Shown: positions 19,711-29,615 of the stretch, piece by piece
Numbering within the stretch: position 1 is the stretch's first letter
Layout: each line of letters opens with the position of its first letter
From: a bacterium
GTDB lineage: Bacteria; SM23-31
Direction of reading: 5' to 3'
Length of the DNA stretch: 64,000 nucleotides
Assembly: GCA_965249485.1 (NCBI GenBank)
Contig: CBDFMG010000005.1
Location: forward strand, 97,337-161,336
Made by a program: the position numbers and the translations under genes
The notes under the pieces: model-generated
What the model saw: only the letters and a program-made list of their open reading frames with translations
Told to the model about the DNA's origin: nothing
Databases searched by the model: none

Positions 19711-21734
19711 AGAACCTCACCGATTAGCACTGCCATGTTTACCGGAACTATCAGTGATGCCAGCACCATGTTTTTGAACAGCGGACTTGCCCTCTCCATG
19801 TCTGCAATGTGTGGCGCTGCGACATAGTATGCAGCATGCACTGTATCAAAGAACGGCGACCATCCAGAACCGATCATGTCTGCCCTGTATTCCCGCAGTA
19901 CCTGCACCTGATGTGCCAAGGACGTGCCATATACTGCAAGTGCTATTGGACAGTCATTTTCTACCGTCTCTTTTACTGCATCATCATCTGCCTTTTCCTG
20001 TACGTCATCATCTGCTGCCTTTGCCAGATCAATCTCGCAGCCATCTACCATGTCTGCAAACTCGCTTGTAAGGCAGCCTACGCTGTCAGGTCTTGAAAGT
20101 CCACTCTGTATGAGTTGCTGGTTTAGCGATATGCCAGAGCCGGTGCAGTACACGACAGAATAATACTGCCTGGTAAGTGCATCTGAGGATATCCTGGAAT
20201 CAAGGCCCAGCGTCGTGTCCCTGTCCACCACTGCAACAGAGCCGACCGGGCATATCTGACTGACTGACTCGGCAGTGGCATTGACTGGTATTGCAATAGA
20301 CGTGGTGACTCTCTTCTGACCAATCCTCAAAGTATCGCCGTCTATGATCTCTGCGATATGGTCTGCAAAACATCCTGCTTCATGGCCGTGGTCTGTAATG
20401 TTTTGAATGTTGATCCCCCTGCATTTTATTGACTTGTGCTCTGATATCATAAACGGAGTCCGTCCCTCGGCATTTTCCGTACGGATCACAATCTCGTATT
20501 TTCCGGACTTCCATGTAGGCTGTGTTATCACGTCAAACCTGCCAGTGCCGTCAGACTCGATTTTACTCTTTTGTCCATCGATGCGGTTTCCGTCAGGATC
20601 ATAAACTGATATTGATAAAGACTCTCGCGTCGTCGTCTTGCCAGGATGTGCAAACTCTGCACTGATTATCTCTCCGGCATTTGTGTGGCGGTACTTTGCA
20701 AGGTCAAGGATTATCTTCACCGGTTTTTTTATCTCTTCCTCTGCAAAATCTAAAATGGAGTCGGCACTCTCGGGAACTGCGATTCCGCTTGATGATATGC
20801 GTATCGTGCCTTCCATCCAGGGATGATACAGACAGGAGTAAAGCACTGTTCCCGGCTCTGCAAACTTTATTATCCTCGAGTGTCCTGACTTTAGGATATT
20901 TGTCTCAAAAAAGTTAACAGTCTTCTGCAGCTTGTCATCTATTGGCTTTTGCTCTTCTCGTCCATACCCGAGCGCAATTGAGTGGATGTTGTGTATCTGA
21001 TCAGAGTCGTTGTACCATTCCACTGTCTGTCCAGCATCAATGCTTACCTTCGGTCTGTCGTAGCATGCCTGCTTGCCGGTCTTTGAGCAGCCGTCTATCT
21101 CGACTGGGTTGATTGTAACTGTGGCGTCTCCGCGTTCAAGTCCTGCCAGCTTTGTGTAAAAGACGGTACTTCCAATGTTATACTTTGCGGTGTCATACTT
21201 TTTGTGTCCGGTACTGTCATACCCCAAGTCTGCCGTAATAGAATATGTCGCAGACACAGTATGCCTGCCTTCTGTATCCCTTGAGCCGATAACTGGATGC
21301 CATACGGAAAAAACACTTTCGTTTCCTGACATGACAGTGTGTGTCTGCTGGCTTTTGTCAGGTGCCGTGATTACAATTGTAACTGCTGACTTTTTGGTGC
21401 CGTCGGCAAGTGTGCCATATATGAGAATGTTTGTCTGTACATTTTTTTCCATGTGCATGATCTCATCTGGTGCGACAATTGTCGGACTGCCAGTCGACTC
21501 CAGATTTGCGTACCTGCATTCATGGATTGACTGGCATGATGCATATGCCGGTATGATCATCATACAACAACAACAGCAAAGCAAAACGGCAGTCATTATT
21601 ACAGGGCTCATTTTTTCACCATTGATGCTATTCCCTTTGGAAGCTTTTTTGGAATCTTGACTGATCTTGATTTTTCCTTTAGTGTAGAAACATAGTCCCT
21701 CAGATTCATAATGACGTCGGGGGATTTTTTCCAC
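19707..21734 (-). CDS. Secreted multidomain protein with a cupredoxin (type-1 copper) domain and an SNase-like domain
   Basis: Internal signal peptide MSPVIMTAVLLCCCCCMMIIPAYA. Cupredoxin ligands are HNIHS ... YSCLYHPWMEG (Cys-x2-His-x2-Met). Downstream AEIIDGDTLRIG matches the thermonuclease V/IDGDT motif. Overlaps the next gene by 4 nt. Confidence 0.5.
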   Translation of the reverse strand: MEKIPRRHYESEGLCFYTKGKIKISQDSKKASKGNSINGEKMSPVIMTAVLLCCCCCMMIIPAYASCQSIHECRYANLESTGSPTIVAPDEIMHMEKNVQTNILIYGTLADGTKKSAVTIVITAPDKSQQTHTVMSGNESVFSVWHPVIGSRDTEGRHTVSATYSITADLGYDSTGHKKYDTAKYNIGSTVFYTKLAGLERGDATVTINPVEIDGCSKTGKQACYDRPKVSIDAGQTVEWYNDSDQIHNIHSIALGYGREEQKPIDDKLQKTVNFFETNILKSGHSRIIKFAEPGTVLYSCLYHPWMEGTIRISSSGIAVPESADSILDFAEEEIKKPVKIILDLAKYRHTNAGEIISAEFAHPGKTTTRESLSISVYDPDGNRIDGQKSKIESDGTGRFDVITQPTWKSGKYEIVIRTENAEGRTPFMISEHKSIKCRGINIQNITDHGHEAGCFADHIAEIIDGDTLRIGQKRVTTSIAIPVNATAESVSQICPVGSVAVVDRDTTLGLDSRISSDALTRQYYSVVYCTGSGISLNQQLIQSGLSRPDSVGCLTSEFADMVDGCEIDLAKAADDDVQEKADDDAVKETVENDCPIALAVYGTSLAHQVQVLREYRADMIGSGWSPFFDTVHAAYYVAAPHIADMERASPLFKNMVLASLIVPVNMAVLIGEVL

Positions 21735-24661
21735 ACAAGCACAAACGGCACAATGACTGATGATGCGATTAGCAGAATCAGAACAGTGTATGTCTTCTCA
21801 TAGACTACGGTGCCAGTTACTGACTCGTCGGCCACAAATAATACTGACTGCCCATCTGCTGATACCTTGGCATCCTCTGGAAGTCCTATCCACTCTTCTG
21901 GCACGTGCCATATCAGTCCGTACAGTTCAGTTGCAATGGGCGCATGCAGTACAACGACATCGCCGTACCTGTGATGGCCATTCCCTGAGATGTCTGCAAA
22001 CACATCATTTGAGTCCAAAAATGCGCCAAAGTCAATCTCTATCACCCTCTGATATGCTCCTGTTATCGTAGAGTCCTGCGTTATCCTTAGCGTGAACTTT
22101 TCTGCATGGTTTATCTCCTCGCCGTTAAGGCTTAGCTTCTGCAATTCATATTGCCTGTCAGTGCCGACATTAAGATCTGCATCGATGCTTATCTCAAAGA
22201 CCCCGGGATGTATGGTATAGTACAGCCCATTTTTCACGTTTATCTTTTCCGCTGTTGCCGATGACTCCAGATCAAACGATGCTGCAACTGAAACGCCGTC
22301 ATCTGCAATTGCATTAAACACGACATCGACTAGCTCCTCTACTGTAAAGTTTACATTTTCCGTGTATTTCTTCCAGCCGTCCTTCTCCACATTTACGGTA
22401 ACTGAATACTGGCCAGGTGCCGTAGGCGTTGCGACGTAGTTGTCTGACGCATCAACCTCAAAGTCAAGTCCGGATATGGACACATCAGGGTTTTGTAGCG
22501 CGCCAGTAAAGATGTCCAGTATTATCTCTGATCCAAGCTTTAGAACATTGGGTGTTGGTGATATTACCTGAACTTCGGACTCTGCGTCATTTGCAAATGA
22601 CTTGATCACAGCTGATCCGAGATACCTGTTGTCAGAAATTATGTTCAGATTTGTAGTGCCTTCATTTTCTACAACAAACCGCACATGGTCGTCTTTAACA
22701 TTTGCAGTGATTTGCTCAGAAGAGATGTTCAGGCTGTCAAGATCAGTAATCAGTGCAATCGGAATTCCGTTGGAATCTACTGCATGAATCGCAACAGGAA
22801 ACTCTTTGAACACATTTACTCTTGACGGTGTCCATATCTCTATCCCTGTCTTTACACCTGACGTGTCAAGGCTGGTGGTCTCAGAGTTGATCCCTGGAAT
22901 CTGGACAAATATTTTTGCGCCCTCCTTGAGATACGTACCTGTAATGATGTTGGTTCCGCCAACCCAGTAGTCGTTTATCCCAATGTCTGCAAGCGAGTTG
23001 CCGGCTTGAATCACGTTTGTCTTTTCAGTGTCTACTATCCCCCCAACATCCGTGATGTGTCCTGACTTGTCCACAATTGACATGTACGCAATATCGCCAT
23101 GAGTCCCCAAAGGTATGGGAATCGGCGTTACCTGCAGTATGTGCTTGAAGCCATATGCAGTATCGGAGTTGAACTGTATCTCCGCGCTTTCAGCATTGCT
23201 GTTTTGCACGGATATGGCATGCTCCCCTTTTGTGTTGATGTCAATGGGTATGTCCATTGCAGAGAATGTAAAATGTGTGCTGTCCTCATCAGATAAAATT
23301 GTGTCAAATTTTATCTCTGTTGGATATTTCAGTCCGTCATCGCCGGATACTGACACTACTGTGTCAAGTGATGTGATTGGGTTTAGATTCCCGTCATAGC
23401 GCTCAACGAATGCATGCGTGTCATTTAGTATGTGATACAATCCAACTGTTGCCCATGCCGTGTCTGCTGGCGTAGTTGGGTGCACCCACAGCTTTAGAAC
23501 ATCTATCTTTGGTCTTTCGCTGAGCTGGACTGGCGGCATTACCAGAATCTCCTCTGAATGGCTGCCATACCCTGGAACTGAAACCGTGATTACTACTGCG
23601 TCATTGTAATCTTCTGAGGCGTCTTCTATGTAAAAATGGGAACGCAGTGTTCCGCGTGACATGTATGTGTGATACAGCTCATCATCATTCTCGTTTGTCC
23701 TGAATGATACCTTGTCAGGATCAGAGCTTGAAAGATAGACGTCTAGAACCTCGTCGGGGATGTAGATAGAGTCGTCCTGCTCAAGCCATACGTAATAGTA
23801 TCCTATGGAATTAGCAAGTGCGATGTCTGGTGCGATTCCGAGACGCACCTTTGGACTGTTAGTATCATATAAGATTTCAAGCGAGTCTGATTCAAGCCCG
23901 TCTGATGTCGCATAGATTGTTCCGTCCCCACCAACACGCACTACGGCATTGGCGCTGTACTGACCCTCCAGAACACGGAGTGTCACTGTATCAGTCAGTG
24001 TGCCGCCATTGCTGAACTGCACGGCAGGCGAGGAGGAGCTTATTGTTATCTCCGTCTCTTGCTTTGCGATGATTGGTATCTGGTGGTTGTCAACCAGAAA
24101 CACCTTGACTGGCACGTCGTCTGTAGATACAGTAATGGAGTCATCAGATATCGGCGCTGATATCATCAGCGCAGTAGGATGTAATGCAACCGAATAAACA
24201 GTAGAACTGTCCTGTGCCACTGCATCGTTGGTTATGGCATGGACTGTGACTGTGCCGTCCTGCGGTGATTGCGGTGTAAGTTCAAAAATGACATGGTTGC
24301 TTCCGGTAGGAATTGCTACTGTACTTGGAATCTCAAGAAGGTTTGAATCAGTTGCAAGGGATACTGTTATGTCGTGACGTTTTGGCTCCAGTATTAGCAG
24401 TACCCCCTCATATGAAATGTCTGCAATCATTTTTTTTGGTATGTGCACTGAAAAATCCGCAACTATCTCGTCAGGTGATTCGGCAGCCGAGTCGGCGGCA
24501 GAGTCCGGACTAAGCTCTTCATCTGATACGTCGTCCACTGCTGCTGCGATGTCAGGATCTACCTGAGCAGATACAGGAACGGCTGCTACTGCAAACAATG
24601 CAATGCACGCAGTGAGATATGCCAGATGGGTTTTCAAGGACTGCCGCCACCTGTAGCGCAT
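21608..24661 (-). CDS. Large cell-surface protein with signal peptide, Ig-like repeats and a C-terminal TM anchor
   Basis: 1017 aa. Signal LTACIALFAVAAVPVSAQ. C-terminal LILLIASSVIVPFVLVWKK anchor followed by basic residues. Confidence 0.5.
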   Translation of the reverse strand: MRYRWRQSLKTHLAYLTACIALFAVAAVPVSAQVDPDIAAAVDDVSDEELSPDSAADSAAESPDEIVADFSVHIPKKMIADISYEGVLLILEPKRHDITVSLATDSNLLEIPSTVAIPTGSNHVIFELTPQSPQDGTVTVHAITNDAVAQDSSTVYSVALHPTALMISAPISDDSITVSTDDVPVKVFLVDNHQIPIIAKQETEITISSSSPAVQFSNGGTLTDTVTLRVLEGQYSANAVVRVGGDGTIYATSDGLESDSLEILYDTNSPKVRLGIAPDIALANSIGYYYVWLEQDDSIYIPDEVLDVYLSSSDPDKVSFRTNENDDELYHTYMSRGTLRSHFYIEDASEDYNDAVVITVSVPGYGSHSEEILVMPPVQLSERPKIDVLKLWVHPTTPADTAWATVGLYHILNDTHAFVERYDGNLNPITSLDTVVSVSGDDGLKYPTEIKFDTILSDEDSTHFTFSAMDIPIDINTKGEHAISVQNSNAESAEIQFNSDTAYGFKHILQVTPIPIPLGTHGDIAYMSIVDKSGHITDVGGIVDTEKTNVIQAGNSLADIGINDYWVGGTNIITGTYLKEGAKIFVQIPGINSETTSLDTSGVKTGIEIWTPSRVNVFKEFPVAIHAVDSNGIPIALITDLDSLNISSEQITANVKDDHVRFVVENEGTTNLNIISDNRYLGSAVIKSFANDAESEVQVISPTPNVLKLGSEIILDIFTGALQNPDVSISGLDFEVDASDNYVATPTAPGQYSVTVNVEKDGWKKYTENVNFTVEELVDVVFNAIADDGVSVAASFDLESSATAEKINVKNGLYYTIHPGVFEISIDADLNVGTDRQYELQKLSLNGEEINHAEKFTLRITQDSTITGAYQRVIEIDFGAFLDSNDVFADISGNGHHRYGDVVVLHAPIATELYGLIWHVPEEWIGLPEDAKVSADGQSVLFVADESVTGTVVYEKTYTVLILLIASSVIVPFVLVWKKSPDVIMNLRDYVSTLKEKSRSVKIPKKLPKGIASMVKK

Positions 24662-25023
24662 TTTTGTTTGAGGGCGTCTATTGTGGATTCCAAAGTGTCT
24701 GCAAAATCATCGTTGCTGCCATGTACGATATCCCCATCCTGGGACTCTGTGAATATTCTCCCATCATCACACTTTATCATCAGGCCTGAAACGGCAGACG
24801 CGTCGCCCCATGTATTGTTCATGATGAGATTCATAGTGGAGTCACTTCCAGTGTGATTAAAGACTAACTTTACTGCAATGTCCTCTTTTACCCTCTCGTT
24901 TTGAATCATGTTGGATTCCTCCTTTTGCTGGCTTATCACGCTCTGACTGTTGTTATATGTGACAAACATTCCAATAATGGTTATAGCTATTACTACAATG
25001 CCAATCGCAACAATGATTCCCAT
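24634..25023 (-). CDS. Small N-terminally membrane-anchored protein, possibly pilin-like
   Basis: N-terminal hydrophobic segment MGIIVAIGIVVIAITIIGMF followed by a polar domain. 129 aa. Coupled within the operon. Confidence 0.35.
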   Translation of the reverse strand: MGIIVAIGIVVIAITIIGMFVTYNNSQSVISQQKEESNMIQNERVKEDIAVKLVFNHTGSDSTMNLIMNNTWGDASAVSGLMIKCDDGRIFTESQDGDIVHGSNDDFADTLESTIDALKQKCATGGGSP

Positions 25024-25053
25024 AAAACCAAATCCTCCCTTACGATAAAAGCC

Positions 25054-25884
25054 TCAATCAATCTCCCCGTCTGGCAGTCCGGCAGATTTTGATGAGATTT
25101 TTCCAAACTCAAAGTTGATCTTTGCAATGTCGTCTTTTTCTGGCATTACCAGAATTCCCATCATCTCAACATCAGACAGCACAATGCTCTTTGATGCTCC
25201 AAACATTGGAAACGAGAGGTTTCCTGTGTGTATTTTGGCAATGTGCTTTGGTTTCAGATTTTTTGACTTGAAGGCCCTGGTTGGGAAGACACCCTCTATT
25301 GCGTCAATGTCATCCTTTTTTCCTCCTCCTGCAAACATCTTGCACAGAAACAGGCTTCCTGACTGTATCTTTTGCTGGGCAATTTTGATCTTGTTTTGAC
25401 CCACTGCAGTTGCCTTTCCGGAACCTGATGAAAAGAACCTGAACATGCTGTCTGGAGACTGTCCACGTCCAAGCATTCTGATGTACTCATTTATCGGTTG
25501 TGCAGAATCAAGACGCCTTACATACAGTGCCAAAAAGGAGTTCCCTGACACTTCAGCGTTAAACATATCGTAGATTGATGTACGCTCCATCTCCTTTGGG
25601 GTTATTGGTATTGCGCAGTGGCGCCTCATTGAGTATTTTCGGTACATGGAATAATTCTCAAAGTCAAAGTCAGGACACAGTACTGCCTCCACTCCGTCCA
25701 TTCCGTCCAGTGTCACCCTGTGCTGCTCACTGACACGGATAAAGATCCGTACCTTGAGATTGTCTCTGCATACAACCAAAAGAAACCTCTCAAAGTGCGA
25801 TAGCATCTGTCTCATGTTTGTCTCCCCTGCCTCTTTGTCATCTATTCTGTACGGCCTTATCTCATACCATCTGTTTTTGATCAT
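25054..25884 (-). CDS. Cytoplasmic hypothetical protein
   Basis: 276 aa with no TM segment and no motif I recognise. The gap to the upstream gene is 2 nt. Confidence 0.4.
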   Translation of the reverse strand: MIKNRWYEIRPYRIDDKEAGETNMRQMLSHFERFLLVVCRDNLKVRIFIRVSEQHRVTLDGMDGVEAVLCPDFDFENYSMYRKYSMRRHCAIPITPKEMERTSIYDMFNAEVSGNSFLALYVRRLDSAQPINEYIRMLGRGQSPDSMFRFFSSGSGKATAVGQNKIKIAQQKIQSGSLFLCKMFAGGGKKDDIDAIEGVFPTRAFKSKNLKPKHIAKIHTGNLSFPMFGASKSIVLSDVEMMGILVMPEKDDIAKINFEFGKISSKSAGLPDGEID

Positions 25885-25885
25885 T

Positions 25886-28078
25886 CTAGCACCCGTGTCT
25901 TACCGCCCAGTCATGAGACCCAAACTCACTTGAATTGCAAAATGAAGTTATCACGTATCCGATTCCAGACTCCAAAAGATACTCGTTAAGATTCACGCCA
26001 TTGCAGTGAATCACGCCGATTATTCTTTCATAGCTTCCCTGTGTCTGAAAATCATCCTCGTCTACAATAACCTCAGAGCCTACAGGACAAATGCCTGCAA
26101 CCAGATCCTTGGCATAAGGTCCTGCACTCTCAGACAGCTCAGGAGCTGACGCAAGTGCAAATCTGATATTCTGTCCGCCTGTTATCTTTATGGTATCACC
26201 GTCAATTATCCTCACCGCATGAGTCTCGATGCACCTTGCGTTTCCAATGCATGATGGCGCGGACTGAATGTTGTCGTTTTCAGGTGGTGGTACTGCGTCT
26301 GGCTGCAGACTGCCACCAAGCGGTGACACAATCTCCAATGTCTCTGAATATGCAAATACTGGAATTGTAAGAGTTCTATAATCAGACCTGGCATTATCTT
26401 CGGTGTGTTCTGTTTCTTTGCCGTCAAGATATACTACAAATGTAGTATCCTCTCCATTCTCACCATCACGCGCATCCAAAACATCTCTTGGAATTCTTAC
26501 AACCAGGTCAGCGTCAACTGCGTTCTCAGACTGGTCAAAAAACAGCACCACAGAATCGTCGTACTTGAATGTCTCATGAATTATCCTACCTTGAATATCA
26601 AAGGATATCTGCTGGGCTTGCACATCATCTTCATCACCGCCGCCCGCATCGGAAGAAGAAGAAGTACCTGCCGTATTTTCTTTTCCTGTCTTCACTGCTG
26701 AGAGACTGTCAAAGTCAAATGACGTGGTCGCAGTTGCAGTGCCGTGATTTATTGTGGCTGACATCTTGCCGATAATATCCCAACTGCTTGTGTTTACCTC
26801 TATATGGTATGTGCCGTCCTCGTCAATTGACACTGGAATTGATGAGAAAGGCATGCCTTCAATCTCTGTCTGAATTATAGCTGAAAATGAGTTTACAGAT
26901 GTTCTGGATGCAATCCCATCAAAGCTGATTGTCTCGCCCCTTGTGTAAAAGTCCTTCTCAGTTGATATGGAAAGTATCTCTGTGCTTGAGGCGGGGTTTG
27001 ACGGATCCAGTTTTCTGTCAAGCCATTCCAAGAACTGCTCATACAGCTTGTCTGAATCAATGTCAAGTCCTGGAATTATGGAGCCTGCATTATCTGCATC
27101 GTTTTGTATTTGCGGAATATCCTCCTGCAGTTCCGGTGCGGTGGCTGGTTCTTTTGGGATTTTGTCTGGTGCTGCAGGATCTGTCTCTGGAATGTCTGGC
27201 ACTGCCTGCTCTATCTTGCTTGTGTGAATCAGCTTGAACCAGAACTTATTGTCAACGTATGTGTCCCTTAGTATGATGGTGTCAGTTAACACCTTGCCCT
27301 CAAGTGGAAAAGCAATGCCATCTGCAATGCTTACCTCTACAATCGGCCTGTCTGATAGATACTTTACAGTATGAACTCCATTGTCATAAAACAGATTCTC
27401 GTACTGGTACTGCGGATGCTTTGAGGTCACAATCACTACAAAGTCTTTGTCGTGGCTTACCCATTCCTCACCCACACGGATTATGGGGGGAATCTTATAC
27501 ACGTTTCCACTGCCGACAGATATCTTTCCGCCTATGAGCATTATTGTGTCGTATATCGAATCAGCATATCTGTTACCGGCAGGATGCGTTGTCTTTAACT
27601 CAAATCGGTCACTGGAAAGAAATGTGTAATGCTGTATGTTTGCAGGATCCGCATTTTTGGCATACCTGATGTTCATCGAGTCCACATCAAAGTCGCCTGT
27701 CGCCTTTTGGTTTGTCCCAAGATATCCATACTCGTCAGGTGTTAGATATCCCAGAACCTCCTGAATCCTTGCATTGACTATCCAGTATGATCCAAAGTCA
27801 TCTGCGGTCTTTCCGGCAAACTCCAATGTCGCCTCATAGCACACTGCATTGGGTTTTGTAACGCATATAAGATAACCGTACACATCGCCTTCTTCCAGTC
27901 CTTCCCCAAGACTCCATCTCGCATCATGCGCAATTATGTCTTCGGCCAGTCCGCCATATGCAGACAGCAGTGATGACAGTGGCAGCAATAGCGCTATCAA
28001 CATCATCAGCGATATACTCAGTGATGCCCGTCGTGATAGTGATGGCAGTTGTGGCATTAGCATTGACGGAAAACTCAT
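25886..28078 (-). CDS. Secreted large protein with a C-terminal staphylococcal-nuclease (thermonuclease) domain
   Basis: Signal LLPLSSLLSAYG. The C-terminus RIIDGDTIKITGGQNIRFALASAPE...YERIIGVIHCNGVNLNEYLLESGIGYV matches the SNase fold with its catalytic R/D/E region. Overlaps the upstream gene by 4 nt. Confidence 0.6.
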   Translation of the reverse strand: MSFPSMLMPQLPSLSRRASLSISLMMLIALLLPLSSLLSAYGGLAEDIIAHDARWSLGEGLEEGDVYGYLICVTKPNAVCYEATLEFAGKTADDFGSYWIVNARIQEVLGYLTPDEYGYLGTNQKATGDFDVDSMNIRYAKNADPANIQHYTFLSSDRFELKTTHPAGNRYADSIYDTIMLIGGKISVGSGNVYKIPPIIRVGEEWVSHDKDFVVIVTSKHPQYQYENLFYDNGVHTVKYLSDRPIVEVSIADGIAFPLEGKVLTDTIILRDTYVDNKFWFKLIHTSKIEQAVPDIPETDPAAPDKIPKEPATAPELQEDIPQIQNDADNAGSIIPGLDIDSDKLYEQFLEWLDRKLDPSNPASSTEILSISTEKDFYTRGETISFDGIASRTSVNSFSAIIQTEIEGMPFSSIPVSIDEDGTYHIEVNTSSWDIIGKMSATINHGTATATTSFDFDSLSAVKTGKENTAGTSSSSDAGGGDEDDVQAQQISFDIQGRIIHETFKYDDSVVLFFDQSENAVDADLVVRIPRDVLDARDGENGEDTTFVVYLDGKETEHTEDNARSDYRTLTIPVFAYSETLEIVSPLGGSLQPDAVPPPENDNIQSAPSCIGNARCIETHAVRIIDGDTIKITGGQNIRFALASAPELSESAGPYAKDLVAGICPVGSEVIVDEDDFQTQGSYERIIGVIHCNGVNLNEYLLESGIGYVITSFCNSSEFGSHDWAVRHGC

Positions 28079-28773
28079 TGAATCACCTTGAAAACAATCT
28101 CTCTTTTAGTTAATACAGGACCTGTGGTGCCATCTGGAAGTACCTCACACACTGCAACTGTCTTGCTTCCGGCACATTCGTCAGGATCAAGGATTGCAGT
28201 CACCAGTCCTGCCGATGAAGATATTGTAGTTGTTACTGGCGTATCGTCAAGTAAGATTCTCACCTTTTGTTTTATGACAAGCCCCGTTCTGGTTTTTAAC
28301 TTAATATCTATTGTCACTGGAGAGTTTGGTTCGACATTTACAGTCATTGGCTCTATTACATCTGGCTTGCTTGCAATGATCTTCTGCCCTGTTGCCTTTC
28401 CAAGCATCTTTGATGACTTGCCAAATACCTTTGACTTTGTCTTTGTCTTTTTTGGATCTTTTTTGCCGTACAGTCCAACCGTTCCCTTGAGGTATGCATA
28501 CAGTCGTCCCTCATACGATATTACGGGAGGGCGAATCATTGCAAATAATATTACTATTATGAACGCGGCTGCGCCATACGAGATATTGCCTGTTGCCTGC
28601 ATTGTGCCAAACAAAAGTGGCAGCCCGACACCAAACATGATGATTGACTGGTGACCGTTGATGAATCCGATAACCGGAAGTGTGATGATGGCCTGTGACA
28701 GTGATGTTGATTTCCAAAACCAAAACATCTTAAATTCTGTGTAACTCAATGTATGGAAATAATCCATTTGCAT
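28075..28773 (-). CDS. Membrane protein with an N-terminal 3-TM block and a C-terminal beta-rich domain
   Basis: Hydrophobic segments in the first 100 aa, then a Lys-rich linker and a soluble domain. First gene of the coupled minus-strand run. Confidence 0.4.
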   Translation of the reverse strand: MQMDYFHTLSYTEFKMFWFWKSTSLSQAIITLPVIGFINGHQSIIMFGVGLPLLFGTMQATGNISYGAAAFIIVILFAMIRPPVISYEGRLYAYLKGTVGLYGKKDPKKTKTKSKVFGKSSKMLGKATGQKIIASKPDVIEPMTVNVEPNSPVTIDIKLKTRTGLVIKQKVRILLDDTPVTTTISSSAGLVTAILDPDECAGSKTVAVCEVLPDGTTGPVLTKREIVFKVIQ

Positions 28774-28822
28774 TTAAGCACTGTTGGCGGGAGATCCTAT
28801 GCCGTTCACGGGTGGGTGGCAC

Positions 28823-29059
28823 TCAATTGTATGGGATTTTGCTTAGAATTTCAGGTACGAGCAGTATCGGCAGCAAGTGAATTGGCACCCACACTGCAAG
28901 TGGCAGCCATATTGATGTGATCAGGTGCTTTTTTGCCTTTGCCCTGTTGGTCTTTTTATGAATCGCATAGCATACAAGACCTGAGACAAACCAGAAAAAT
29001 ATGTGTCCAAAATACCACCACTTTGAGATCGTCTTTTCAGTGTCTTTTGTTTCCGTCAT
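28823..29059 (-). CDS. Small membrane protein
   Basis: 78 aa with two hydrophobic helices. Confidence 0.3.
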   Translation of the reverse strand: MTETKDTEKTISKWWYFGHIFFWFVSGLVCYAIHKKTNRAKAKKHLITSIWLPLAVWVPIHLLPILLVPEILSKIPYN

Positions 29060-29480
29060 TTTTCCTTATCATTGATATGATCTCTTTTGCGTCTTCTTTT
29101 GGTATTGCATTTATTATGCCGATTCTGTTTATGCCAAGCGATGTTGCCATTCCGGGTGCCGTGATTTCTATGCTGGATGTGAACCTTCCCTGCACAAGGT
29201 TTGTCGTTGTGATTTTTTTGTACGGATAATACTCTACATGCTCGCGCCACCCAAAGAGCATCGGGTTTCTGATTATGATTTTTCTGTCTGTGGAAAATAT
29301 TATGTTTGGTGTGATCGGGGAACCGCCAGGAAAGAACCTGTGTTGCCGTGCAACTATTCGGATATGCTCACCTTCATCTAGCATGTGTACAATTTTGCGA
29401 ATCTCCTCTATTTGTTTGGGGTCTTCGATGTGTGTGTATTTGCCGATGTTGTATTCTTTTTGAGGACGGCGTTTGAACAT
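29037..29480 (-). CDS. Hypothetical protein, possibly a bacterial-PH-like fold
   Basis: 147-aa soluble ORF. The assignment is weak. Confidence 0.3.
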   Translation of the reverse strand: MFKRRPQKEYNIGKYTHIEDPKQIEEIRKIVHMLDEGEHIRIVARQHRFFPGGSPITPNIIFSTDRKIIIRNPMLFGWREHVEYYPYKKITTTNLVQGRFTSSIEITAPGMATSLGINRIGIINAIPKEDAKEIISMIRKNDGNKRH

Positions 29481-29595
29481 CAGAATATCCTGCTTCCAAT
29501 TCTGCTTGATTTTTCAAAGCACCTGTCTTGCAGACAGATGATTACGTTTTCTAGCATATCTGCAAAAAGGAAGACTGTATTTAAGGGGAATTCCT

Positions 29596-29601
29596 GTTAA
29601 A
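29596..29601 (+). promoter_or_regulatory. TATA box (ttaaat) about 25 nt upstream of the chimeric ORF start
   Basis: The promoter region is a duplicate of the TBP promoter and is spaced as in archaeal leaderless promoters. Confidence 0.35.
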
Positions 29602-29615
29602 TTGTAATCGTATTT

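Noticed and set aside
21760-22071. 103-aa plus-strand ORF at the operon junction
   Set aside because: It is antisense to the overlap of two long coupled minus-strand genes and is Arg/His-rich junk.
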